Positions 11,875 to 21,350 of a stretch of DNA of 64,000 bases are shown here, one piece after another. Positions within the stretch are counted from its first letter, which is position 1; the number at the start of each line of letters is the position of its first letter. This DNA comes from Nitrosopumilus sp. (GTDB lineage Archaea; Thermoproteota; Nitrososphaeria; Nitrososphaerales; Nitrosopumilaceae): positions 830,639-894,638 of the forward strand of contig OZ241981.1 of NCBI GenBank assembly GCA_965204345.1, given 5' to 3'. Below the pieces are notes generated by a model. It made no database searches. It saw only the letters and a program-made list of their open reading frames with translations, and had not been told where the DNA came from. A program made the translations under genes and the position numbers.

Positions 11875-13563
11875 GTGAAAGAAAAAATGAAAGAAAAAAT
11901 CAAATGGAAAACCCTTCAACACAATGGAATCCTATTCCCTCCTGCATACGAGGCTCAGGGGATTAAGATAAAGATCAAAGGGGAGACTGTAAATCTCGAT
12001 CTGGCACAAGAGGAAATGGTGTATCAATGGGCAAAAAAGAAGGATACACCATATGCACAAGACAGGGTTTTTCAGAAAAACTTTACAGCAGATTTTGCTA
12101 AAACATTAGACTCAAAATTTAAAAAAATATCATATGAGGATATTGATTTCTCAAATGCATACAAAGTAGTTGACAGGGAAAAAGATCGCAAGGAAATGAT
12201 GAGTAAGGAAGAGAGAAAAGTCCTTGCAGTAAAGAGAAAAGAGATACGTGAGAAACTAAAAGAAAAATACGGAATTGCCAAAATGGATGGCAAAGAAGTT
12301 GAGGTTGGAAATTACATGGCAGAGCCTCCAGGAATATTCATCGGCAGGGGAGAGCATCCGCTTAGAGGCAAATGGAAGCCACGTGTAACTGCAAAAGATG
12401 TTACGCTGAACATGGACAAAAACGCAAAGAAAACAATGGAAGGAAAATGGGGCAAAATTGTTCACGATAAAAATTCAACGTGGTTGGCCAGTTGGATGGA
12501 TTTTCTAACACAAAAAAGAAAATATGTTTGGCTTGCAGATACTGCAGGATTAAAGCAGGATAAGGACAAAGAAAAATATGAAAAGGCAGTAAGGCTTGGA
12601 AATGAAATCAGAAAGATAAAAGATAGAATTGTCAAAGACATGAAAAATTCAGATCCTAAAAAGAGCAAGATTGCTACAGTCTGTTATTTGATTTATAGAA
12701 CGGCAATGAGAGTGGGAGACGAAAAAGATCCAGACGAGGCAGACACAGTAGGCGCTACAACTTTAAGAAAAGAACACATCAAAATTACTTCAAACACCAT
12801 AGAATTTGATTTCCTAGGTAAAGATAGCGTCAGATGGCAAGAAACAGTAGTTGCAGAAGGCCACGACAAACAATTTCATGAAAACCTCAAAAAAATTGTA
12901 GAAAAGAAAAAACCCAAGGATGAAATTTTTGATGGAATCACATCCAGAAACGTCAATGCGTATTATTCCAACATTGTGAAAGGTTTAACAGCAAAAACAT
13001 TCAGAACATACCTTGCAACAAACGTAGTCAAAAAATATCTTGTAGAACATGATAAGATAAAAGAAAAAACTGCAACTGAAAAACTATACCATGCAAAACT
13101 GGCAAACCTGGAAGCTGCCATAATGTGTAATCATAAAAGAACTATACCCAAGACATTTGAGCAGTCATTACAAAAGAAAAGAGATACTCTGAAAAAGGTA
13201 GGTAAAGAACAGGCCTGGAAGAAAACTAAAGAGGTGCTCAAAAAAGTGGAAGCAAAGGAACCCAAAACAGACATCCAAAGGAAAAGTAAAACAAAAAGGA
13301 TCAAGACACTAAATGAAAGAATCAAAAAACAGAAAATAAGACACAAAGAAAGATTAGAAAAACTAGGATTACAGATTGATTTATCAGAAAAAACTAGGGA
13401 TTACAATATTGGAACATCTTTGAGAAATTACATAGATCCTCGTGTTTTCAAGGCATGGACTGACGAGGTAGGTGCAGAATGGGAAAAATTGTATACATCG
13501 GCGCTACAAAAAAAGTTCCTTTGGGTAAAAAATGAAAAGACCCCTTGGAAGGACATAAAATAA
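11875..13563 (+). CDS. top1: DNA topoisomerase IB (eukaryote-like); true start may be the ATG at 11887
   Basis: KWKTLQHNG, GRGEHP, MRVGDEK, FDFLGKD, KTFRTY, CNHKR, catalytic NYIDPR. Confidence 0.95.
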   Translation: MKEKMKEKIKWKTLQHNGILFPPAYEAQGIKIKIKGETVNLDLAQEEMVYQWAKKKDTPYAQDRVFQKNFTADFAKTLDSKFKKISYEDIDFSNAYKVVDREKDRKEMMSKEERKVLAVKRKEIREKLKEKYGIAKMDGKEVEVGNYMAEPPGIFIGRGEHPLRGKWKPRVTAKDVTLNMDKNAKKTMEGKWGKIVHDKNSTWLASWMDFLTQKRKYVWLADTAGLKQDKDKEKYEKAVRLGNEIRKIKDRIVKDMKNSDPKKSKIATVCYLIYRTAMRVGDEKDPDEADTVGATTLRKEHIKITSNTIEFDFLGKDSVRWQETVVAEGHDKQFHENLKKIVEKKKPKDEIFDGITSRNVNAYYSNIVKGLTAKTFRTYLATNVVKKYLVEHDKIKEKTATEKLYHAKLANLEAAIMCNHKRTIPKTFEQSLQKKRDTLKKVGKEQAWKKTKEVLKKVEAKEPKTDIQRKSKTKRIKTLNERIKKQKIRHKERLEKLGLQIDLSEKTRDYNIGTSLRNYIDPRVFKAWTDEVGAEWEKLYTSALQKKFLWVKNEKTPWKDIK

Positions 13564-13606
13564 AATTAGAATGGTTTAATTTCCCAAATTTTGAGATGTA
13601 CATCAT

Positions 13607-13721
13607 GCCGGGGTAGCTCAGCCTGGTTAGAGTGCCAGTTCAATTGGTAAACTCTAACGGTTCTCCAACTAAGGCAATACTCATAATCTGGAGGTCGCGA
13701 GTTCGAAACTCGCCCCCGGCA
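13607..13721 (+). tRNA. tRNA-Met(CAT), elongator type, with 40-nt non-canonical intron (13639-13678, position 30/31)
   Basis: GCCGGGG/CCCCGGC acceptor, GCTC/GAGT D-arm, CCAGA/TCTGG anticodon stem after splicing, loop CT-CAT-AA, TTCGAAA T-loop; BHB central helix TGCC:GGCA; CCA not encoded. Confidence 0.92.
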
Positions 13722-13999
13722 CACACTAGGCTTTGAGATAAATCTAAAGCCATTCCAAGTTCCAAATCAGGATTTGTGTATGGCATCAGACTATAACACC
13801 CTTTCAGATTTTGATTCAACTCCAAAAAGGCTCACATGTCAAATTGAGAATGAAAATAAACGCATCTAGTGATAAAACCCAGTTTTCATTTAGTCTGTTT
13901 TTAATATTTTAATTTAATTCTCTCATAGAATTTGCAAACTGTGATTATTTCAGGAATACCAAATGGTAATCCAGTTATCCAATCAAAATGAGATTGTAC

Positions 14000-14488
14000 T
14001 TACATTCCATCAGATGTTCCATTCCATGCACCAATGCCGCCTCCGGTGTCCCATATCTGAAAAGTATCAGACATCAGAATTATCATTATAACTAACGCAA
14101 GATAATATACTGCAACAGTTGTGATGATGATTGCCAGTGATTTTCGGTCTCTATTAATCACATGTTTGTGGGACATAAATGCCACAAATCCTGCAACCAA
14201 TCCCACAATTACTGAAGCCGTTGGTCCTAACACAGCATGAAAAGGAATTATTAAGACTGAAGCTGAAATTACACTCAGAGAAATTCCTTCAACCTTGATA
14301 CTCTTTGATGCCCATGCAAACAAAAACCACGATATCATGGAAAAAACAATCGAGGTTAGCCAAACAGTACTACTACTAACTGAAAAATCTCCGGTCATAA
14401 CCTGATTTCCCATATAATGTTGAAGTAATGCAATCAGTGGGAGCAATACCAAACCAGTAGCAACAATTATCAAAAATCTAGTTTTCAT
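14000..14488 (-). CDS. Small membrane protein resembling an internal segment of Amt ammonium transporters
   Basis: 4-5 TM helices; SVISASVLIIPFHAVLGPTASVIVGLVAG aligns by eye to the Amt motif GALAGLVAITPAAGFVSPWAAIIIGLIAG. Confidence 0.6.
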   Translation of the reverse strand: MKTRFLIIVATGLVLLPLIALLQHYMGNQVMTGDFSVSSSTVWLTSIVFSMISWFLFAWASKSIKVEGISLSVISASVLIIPFHAVLGPTASVIVGLVAGFVAFMSHKHVINRDRKSLAIIITTVAVYYLALVIMIILMSDTFQIWDTGGGIGAWNGTSDGM

Positions 14489-14630
14489 TTTCTAAACTCC
14501 AAAATCATCTCCAACACAGGTATTATGATTTTAGGATTAATCATTCTAATATCAGTTTTGGAGTAAGAGTCTGACACACATCAAATCTCTAATTGAATCT
14601 CAAATGTCTCAGTTCCCAAACATCATAGAG

Positions 14631-15059
14631 TCAGGAATAATATTCCTTGAATCCCTTGTCAGTTGGGTGTATCTCAGTTTTAGGACCAAACATTCCCTGT
14701 TTGTGAACCACCTTCATCAGGCCATCCTTTTCCAAGTCCTCTAAAATGGCATCAAGTTCTTGGTTGTCTAATCCGGTATTTTTTTGAATGCTTTCAAATG
14801 TTTTTGAGCCCCTGTTAAGGGCACCTAAAACAAGATTATTTTTTGTCTGAGGCTTTGATGGGTTTATTTGAGGCTCAAAGGATTCTGATTGGTATTCCTG
14901 GGCAGGCTTGACAAAACTAGGCTCAAATGGCTTTGACTGCTGAGGCTGGATAAAATTTTTTCCTATACCTCTTTTTGCCAATAAGCGCGGAATGATTCTT
15001 GCCAGGGGAATTGCCAAGAAAATTATAATATAAATCCATGAAAAATTGGGATCTGCCAT
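14631..15059 (-). CDS. Membrane-anchored protein with C-terminal winged helix
   Basis: N-terminal TM, Pro/Gln linker, TFESIQKNTGLDNQELDAILEDLEKDGLM wHTH. Confidence 0.7.
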   Translation of the reverse strand: MADPNFSWIYIIIFLAIPLARIIPRLLAKRGIGKNFIQPQQSKPFEPSFVKPAQEYQSESFEPQINPSKPQTKNNLVLGALNRGSKTFESIQKNTGLDNQELDAILEDLEKDGLMKVVHKQGMFGPKTEIHPTDKGFKEYYS

Positions 15060-15163
15060 TAGTTATTTCATGTATGAATAGCATAAATTTGTTAAGAGGA
15101 AAAATTCCAATTTGGGCATGATTTTGATTGTATTGGTATAATAATAGGTAGTATACAGGATAC

Positions 15164-16030
15164 ATGTTGTCAAAATACCAATCACCCAAAGTCAATGTAA
15201 ACATGAGTGCAGCAAAGGGAGTCCTAGTTGCAATTATTATCCTCGTCATTATCGGCGTTGTGGCATCAGCATCAGTCAAAATAGTAGATGCCGGTAACAG
15301 GGGAGTGCTACTACACTGGAATGCAGTTGATATTACTGCCCCCCCACTAGATGAAGGAATACATTTTGTTGTCCCCTTCCAAGATGATATTGTGCAAGTG
15401 GAAGTTCGTACTCTAAAGTATGACAAGGATACTAGAAGTGCGTCAAAAGATCTTCAATCAGTAGAGACGACAGTTACTGTAAACTATCATCCAGATAAAG
15501 AACGAGTTCATGTATTATTCAAGGAAATTGGTTTAGATTATGAGAACAGAGTGATACAGCCAGCTATAGAGGAAACAGTCAAACAAGTAACTGCAAATTA
15601 CAATGCCGAGGAATTAATCACAAAAAGACCATTAGTCAAGTCAGACATTGAGTCTGCAATTAGAGAAAGATTAAATCAGTTTGATATCGTAACAGAGGTA
15701 ATTTCAATTACAGATTTTGAATTCTCGATATTATTTAACAAAGCAATCGAATCCAAGGTAGAGGCAGAACAAAATGCACTAAGGGCAGAAAATGACTTGA
15801 GAAGAATACAAGTAGAGGCCCAGCAACACGAGGCTACGGCAACAGGCATAGCAAATGCAAACATTGCAGAAGCCAAAGGTGAGGCAGAAGCAATTGGAAT
15901 TATTAACAAGGCTTTAGCAGAGAATCCAAATTACTTGGAATGGCTAAAGACACAAACATGGGATGGCCAGCTGCCCCTAGTTGTGGGTGAAGGCGGAACC
16001 CCATTCATACAAATCCCAGTCAAGCCCTGA
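15164..16030 (+). CDS. Prohibitin/SPFH (band 7) family protein
   Basis: N-terminal TM, EGIHFVVPF, SKDLQSV, AIESKVEAEQ coiled coil. Confidence 0.92.
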   Translation: MLSKYQSPKVNVNMSAAKGVLVAIIILVIIGVVASASVKIVDAGNRGVLLHWNAVDITAPPLDEGIHFVVPFQDDIVQVEVRTLKYDKDTRSASKDLQSVETTVTVNYHPDKERVHVLFKEIGLDYENRVIQPAIEETVKQVTANYNAEELITKRPLVKSDIESAIRERLNQFDIVTEVISITDFEFSILFNKAIESKVEAEQNALRAENDLRRIQVEAQQHEATATGIANANIAEAKGEAEAIGIINKALAENPNYLEWLKTQTWDGQLPLVVGEGGTPFIQIPVKP

Positions 16031-16045
16031 GTAACTTGGAAAGTT

Positions 16046-16345
16046 TTATTCTTTATCCCTAGTATTTTCCCTGATTGCATCATACATTGCAAGGAATTGA
16101 TCAGGCTCGTTCTGCCTGTAATTTTTTTCAATCTTTTGAATTTCATCATGAGTAATTTTTTCTCCCTTTTTTTCATAGTATTCCTTAATAATTTGGGACG
16201 GAGTTTTTTTGATATCGTATTTTCGGAGTGATTTATTGACAGATCTTTTACAAAACAAGTCATATATCAAAAACCGATAAGCAAGATAGCCAGACAGGCC
16301 GATAATAGTAACGATAAGAATGGGGATTATAAGGACTGTAGCCAT
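16046..16345 (-). CDS. Small membrane-anchored hypothetical protein
   Basis: N-terminal TM followed by charged domain; typical codon usage. Confidence 0.7.
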   Translation of the reverse strand: MATVLIIPILIVTIIGLSGYLAYRFLIYDLFCKRSVNKSLRKYDIKKTPSQIIKEYYEKKGEKITHDEIQKIEKNYRQNEPDQFLAMYDAIRENTRDKE

Positions 16346-16620
16346 ATTGATTTGATAAATGATTTGATATTTGATTGTTATTCTTCAAATGGGCAACAAC
16401 TCTGCTTTGGCGATTTGGTAAAATGGCTCAAGGGACACGAGTTTACAAAAATTACGGGGCTTGATTTGACGTAAAAAAGAAAAGATGTTATTGCAAATAT
16501 TTGCCCAAAATACATGATCTGATCTCTGAAATTAATATTAAAACCCGGATGTAGGTAAAAAAAATCAAAAAAACAGACAAAAAAATGCCAGGCTAGAATC
16601 ATGATTATAAAAACAAAATT

Positions 16621-17553
16621 TTATTTTTTAGCCATTACAAAGTCAACATCATAATTTAAAATTGCGCGTGGATTTAATTCTAGGTTCCAAGGTATATGTG
16701 CAGGATTGCGTGTTTTTGATAAGATTTTAAAACCCAAGTTATCCAGATACAGGCGTAATGCCATCTCATCAAGAGGCTTTTTCACAGATTGGACACCCCG
16801 GTCAAAATCATAGGGATCAGTGACTACAAGAAAGCCACTAGAGATTTGTTTGGATATACAGTCTAATAATTCAGTAGGTTCAATTAACTCTAAAACATTC
16901 ATGGCAAGAACAAGATCAAATTTTAGTTTGCCAAATACGGGAGACAGAAAATCAGACACAACATAGTCAAGATTGTTCTTGTAAGATTGCTTTGCATATC
17001 TTAGTGCAGTAAAAGATCTGTCAATTCCAAAGACCATCTCATGGGATTTGGCAAGAGACAAAGTCATAATTCCAATAGAGCAGCCATATTCCAACACAAA
17101 ATTTGATTTTTTTATCATCTGGAGATTTTTTTTTATTACAGAATAAAATTTTGAATTTTTGCTATTTTGATATATTAGAGACCAGCGTTCTTCAAGGGCA
17201 GTTCTGTCATCATAAGTAGCGTGACTAATTTTAGAGAGGGATGATTTGACAAACTTTTTCAAAGTTTGATTCTGTACTAATTGATACAGCTTACCGCCCA
17301 AGCTTTTCCTAAAAGACAGATAATCAGAGAAATCATCCCACATGATGGGGATCTTTGCAATTATAGGGAATTGCAGACTGCATTTTTTACATTCTAAAAT
17401 TCCTTCCTCAATTTCTTTGTCAATTTTGAATATGTGAGGGTCTAACCTTGCACCGCATCTGATACAACACAAAAAATCAAGGGTGGATTCTAGCATCTTC
17501 GGACAACAAATCTGCAGTTGATGAACTAATAATTTCTTGGATAAAAAAATCAA
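16621..17553 (-). CDS. SAM-dependent methyltransferase with N-terminal Trm112-like Zn domain (likely start at MLESTL)
   Basis: LCCIRCG...ECKKCSLQFPIIAKIP (Trm112-like); VLEYGCSIG, FGIDRS. Confidence 0.8.
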   Translation of the reverse strand: MIFLSKKLLVHQLQICCPKMLESTLDFLCCIRCGARLDPHIFKIDKEIEEGILECKKCSLQFPIIAKIPIMWDDFSDYLSFRKSLGGKLYQLVQNQTLKKFVKSSLSKISHATYDDRTALEERWSLIYQNSKNSKFYSVIKKNLQMIKKSNFVLEYGCSIGIMTLSLAKSHEMVFGIDRSFTALRYAKQSYKNNLDYVVSDFLSPVFGKLKFDLVLAMNVLELIEPTELLDCISKQISSGFLVVTDPYDFDRGVQSVKKPLDEMALRLYLDNLGFKILSKTRNPAHIPWNLELNPRAILNYDVDFVMAKK

Positions 17554-17592
17554 GGTAGTCTTAAATGGAGTAATTTTGGGATTTTATACAAA

Positions 17593-18789
17593 ATGGGGGA
17601 ATTTCAGGAATTCGTAGAGGCCTTGTTTGGTCAATTGGCAGTTGAAATTGACGAGGAAAAAGAAATTTTGGAGTTGGCAGCAAAGGCCAGGGAGGATATT
17701 TTAGACAAGGTAAAATTTAAAGAATTAGACGAAATTGCAAATAGTGTATTTAGGGATTTTAAGGATAAGATAGAGGGATTTATGGGAATTGAAATTGCAA
17801 ATAGTCTGTCACTAGAGCATTTGGAGTTGGAGGAATTTAAAAAAATGAAAGGCAACAAGGTGTTTGCAGATACAGAATCAAAGGAGTTTGTCAGGGAATT
17901 ATTTAATGCAGTTGCAAAAGAAGACAAGGCAAAAATTGCAGAGTTGATGGAACAAAATACTGCAAAATACTTGGTATATTCCACATATGCAATTCAGTAC
18001 ATATCAAAAATCACAACAACGTATGGGGATTATCTTGATTCTGTGATTTATTTGAATAAATTTATCCTATCTAGATACCCACAAATAATTTTACACAAAC
18101 AAGGCGAGCCGTACGAGTCAAGATTTGAAAATGTAAACTCTGGTTATTTGGGAGCAGTAAAAATGACAGTTATTGAGGAAACAATACACTCAATGCAAGA
18201 AAACCTGCAGCAAGTAAACAAAAACGCAGCAATGCAAGTAAACAAAATTAACGAGGAGCTGGCAAACATAATCTTATCATTGGATGCTAAAACCATTAAC
18301 AATCTCTCAGAATACTGTCAGTTGCAAGCGGTTCCAGATGATTTTCCATTTGCAAAAAAAGCAAACTTGTTTTTCTTTTTGAATCCAGATCATTTCTTGA
18401 TTGAACAAATAGGTCCGGACGTAATGACATTTACGCATGTAGAGATAGACCCGAAGATAGGAGAGCTAATCCCACAACTTTTGGATATTTACAAAAGATG
18501 GCTGGTTCCAATTCAGCAACATCATGCAGCGTTTACTGCAATGGAAGGCATGGCAGGATTTGTGATTGAAAGCATCCTAAGGGAGGATATTGACTTTCAG
18601 AATTATCTTACGACGTTTATGGGAACGGATTTCTCATCATACCAAGTCAGAAAGAGCATGGGAAAGGACTTTACAAAAGCAGTATATCAGGAATTAGGCA
18701 AAAATACCTTCAAAAAAATGATTGAAATTCCGCCAAATACACGAGAGCTTAAAGATCCCCAACTGTACATTAAAAAATTGAGTCAGTAG
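17593..18789 (+). CDS. Conserved hypothetical protein with zincin-like motifs
   Basis: VIEETIHSMQ and distal TAMEGMA resemble HExxH...EG of DUF2342-like zincins. Confidence 0.65.
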   Translation: MGEFQEFVEALFGQLAVEIDEEKEILELAAKAREDILDKVKFKELDEIANSVFRDFKDKIEGFMGIEIANSLSLEHLELEEFKKMKGNKVFADTESKEFVRELFNAVAKEDKAKIAELMEQNTAKYLVYSTYAIQYISKITTTYGDYLDSVIYLNKFILSRYPQIILHKQGEPYESRFENVNSGYLGAVKMTVIEETIHSMQENLQQVNKNAAMQVNKINEELANIILSLDAKTINNLSEYCQLQAVPDDFPFAKKANLFFFLNPDHFLIEQIGPDVMTFTHVEIDPKIGELIPQLLDIYKRWLVPIQQHHAAFTAMEGMAGFVIESILREDIDFQNYLTTFMGTDFSSYQVRKSMGKDFTKAVYQELGKNTFKKMIEIPPNTRELKDPQLYIKKLSQ

Positions 18790-18792
18790 CAA

Positions 18793-19611
18793 TTGGAAGA
18801 AAAATTTGATCCGCTTGTTGCAGAATGGTTTTCATTTGTAAAAAATCCAAACTTCAATCTGGTGGAAAAATGTTTAAAATTTGCTCAGATTTTAGAATAT
18901 CCGGAACTAGACGTAGATGATTACATCCAAAAAATAAATCACATAGGTAAATCATTAAAGGAATCAATAAGTGATGTAAAGAATCCAACGTATGTTATTT
19001 CAATGTTAAATGAGCATCTCTTTGAAAATTTGGGTTTTAGTGGAGACGATGATGATTACTATAATCCAAAAAATAATTTTCTAAACGAAGTAATTAACAC
19101 AAAAACAGGCTTGCCCATTACTATTTCAATTTTATATTCAGAGATTGCAAAATTTGCAGGATTAGATCTTAGAATTGTAGGATTCCCAGGTCACATATTG
19201 GTAAAATACAATGAAGAGATGATTTTAGATCCGTTTTATGATGGACGCCTATTGGACATAGATGATTTGCAAGAAATTTTAGATGTTAATTTCGGGGGAG
19301 AGTTGGAATTTCAACCAGAATTTTTAGACGAAATAAAACCCGAACAAATTCTTGTACGCTTGACTCGAAACCTGAAAAATTCTTATATCCAATCGTTTGT
19401 TTATGACAAGGCACTGCGGTGTGTTAACATGGTTTTGGCAATAGAGCCAGAATCACCTGAAGACATACGAGACAAAGGAATACTAGAAGAAAGGTTACTG
19501 AATCACCAAAACGCATTAAAATATCTGAATAAATATTTAGAAATAAACCCAAATGCAGAAGATGCAGACTTTATCTTAGAATTAATTAGAAGTATAAATA
19601 CAAAAAATTAA
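18793..19611 (+). CDS. SirB1-family transglutaminase-like protein with C-terminal TPR
   Basis: YYNPKNNFLNEVI, GLPITISILY, VGFPGHILV, LDPF, TPR with IRDKG. Confidence 0.88.
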   Translation: MEEKFDPLVAEWFSFVKNPNFNLVEKCLKFAQILEYPELDVDDYIQKINHIGKSLKESISDVKNPTYVISMLNEHLFENLGFSGDDDDYYNPKNNFLNEVINTKTGLPITISILYSEIAKFAGLDLRIVGFPGHILVKYNEEMILDPFYDGRLLDIDDLQEILDVNFGGELEFQPEFLDEIKPEQILVRLTRNLKNSYIQSFVYDKALRCVNMVLAIEPESPEDIRDKGILEERLLNHQNALKYLNKYLEINPNAEDADFILELIRSINTKN

Positions 19612-19781
19612 TCAATAATAGATTCTACATCGGTTCCTTTTTTGATCATTGATATTTCATAACGGGCAATTTTATTTCGTAATGCCCCCTTGAGAATATC
19701 AATTTCACCTCTAAGCAACGCAATTTCATCTTCAAGCTTTGCAACTCGTTCATAGATGGTTTCAGCTTCTGAGCTCATCAT
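19608..19781 (-). CDS. Small coiled-coil protein (57 aa)
   Basis: Hand-translated MMSSEAETIYERVAKLEDEIALLRGEIDILKGALRNKIARYEISMIKKGTDVESIID; heptad pattern. Confidence 0.65.
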   Translation of the reverse strand: MMSSEAETIYERVAKLEDEIALLRGEIDILKGALRNKIARYEISMIKKGTDVESIID

Positions 19782-21107
19782 TATCTATCAACAAAAAAAT
19801 TGTCTTAAAAAGTTATGGGTAAATATCCTGAGGGGCAGATTAGCTTTTTGAACTATGGCCTAACATAGGCAATACAGGCTGCTTTGACTCATTTTTATGC
19901 TTGAAAAAATCTTCAAATTCCGGTCTTGTTTTCTTAGTACCTACAATATGTTCAAAACTGCAAGTTTCAGAAAATACTTTTTTAATTTTTGATTAATATT
20001 TGGAATTGGCATTGCACGGCAATTTTGCTCATAAAGCCAACTTAGCATTCCATCTATTGCAGAAAATATACAAAATAATCAAAGACAGAAATTTCCTTCA
20101 AAATGAGCATTGCTAACAATTAGCATACGTTCTTTGACATGGCAAAAAACACGTTTGTTCACATCATCTACAAAAATACCATCATTATGCTTTATTCTGT
20201 TCTTTAAAGAAAGAATTTACAATGTTGAATTATTCTCAATGGCTTTTCTTCGCTCTTTACTTTCTGCTTTGATTTGCCTGAGTTGTGATTTAATAGAACT
20301 TTGTCTTTCTTTTTGTAGTCTATCTTGCTCTTCTTTTTGCAGATTAATGATTCAAACTGTTTGCATATGGAACCGTAATGACCAACCTTAGTTTATTTCC
20401 CCTCTCGCACATATACAACAACTAGTCTTGTACGGTCTATTGCACATTTCCCATGACAACTTTTGTACACCATAAAGTCACCTAAAGTGAAAAGAATATC
20501 CTTTTGATGAATTGTGCATGAAAGACATTCTTGCAACAATATATGCAAACCGGTTTAGACTAGGAATTTCTGACGGGATAGTCTTAAAGACATCTCCCTT
20601 CTCTGAATTAAGATATGCTTTGAGATTTTGCATGTCATGCTAGCGCTTTTAATTACTGGCTAGATCAAAAATCAATGAAATTACAAGTCAGACTTGATGC
20701 CAAACGCTGTTTATCAAGTATTGCTGATGAGAATTCAGGCAACCGTTTTAGGGATGAAAATGGACACAGGCTATTAGAATCCAATATTAGCATAGCAAGT
20801 TGTATCCGGCAAAGTTTCAGTGATGTGTAGAATTCAGAAAATATCTCAAATATTGTTTGTCTAATTTAGAAATTCCAGTCCTAAACCATAAAAATATAGA
20901 ATGTTTGTATCAGTACAAACTGCAGATTAGAACTTGGATTTTGAGACTAGTCCCAAATGTATTGGGTGGTTTTTCTCATCCTTTCAGTTATAGGTCGCTT
21001 TCCATTCTGAAACAAGTCTGTGGCCTCTTGTTTGGTTATGACTCGTTTGTTAGCTAATATATGCAGTAAAGCAATCATGCGGTTGTCTTCTTCCTTAGGA
21101 TAAGGCA

Positions 21108-21350
21108 TTATGCTGTAGCCGTCCTTTTTGTTAATGCTTTTTCTGGCTCTATGTGTATCTCTTGCCCGTTGTCTCTGGATTTAAAATAGATTCGTGCCCC
21201 CTTCTCAAAATGATATGTTTCAAGATACTGATTGGACCCAAATACAAGCACTTGAGCCTGCGGTTTGATGGCAAGCCATGTTAGATGATTGTTAATAATT
21301 CCCAGGATTCTCCAGTCTCCGATTTTTGGAATATGATCAGTCAAGAGCAC
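21108..21350 (-). CDS. Hypothetical protein (80 aa) downstream of ZnuA
   Basis: ATG overlaps the ZnuA 3' end by 10 bp; no recognisable family. Confidence 0.4.
   Translation of the reverse strand: MLLTDHIPKIGDWRILGIINNHLTWLAIKPQAQVLVFGSNQYLETYHFEKGARIYFKSRDNGQEIHIEPEKALTKRTATA

Noticed and set aside
13640-13825. 61-aa minus-strand ORF
   Set aside because: Runs antisense through tRNA-Met.
14923-15426. 167-aa minus-strand ORF (also 15676-15909 and 15931-16263)
   Set aside because: Overlap the SPFH gene and neighbours in other frames or strands; no family motifs.
16378-16602. 74-aa minus-strand ORF
   Set aside because: Phe-rich reading of A-tracts; no coding signal; plus-strand frames are also broken.
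19780-21100. attL/attR copy of the tRNA-Ser 3' end at the distal island boundary
   Set aside because: Scanned by eye for GGCGCGGGGAGGGGG and sub-strings; none found.
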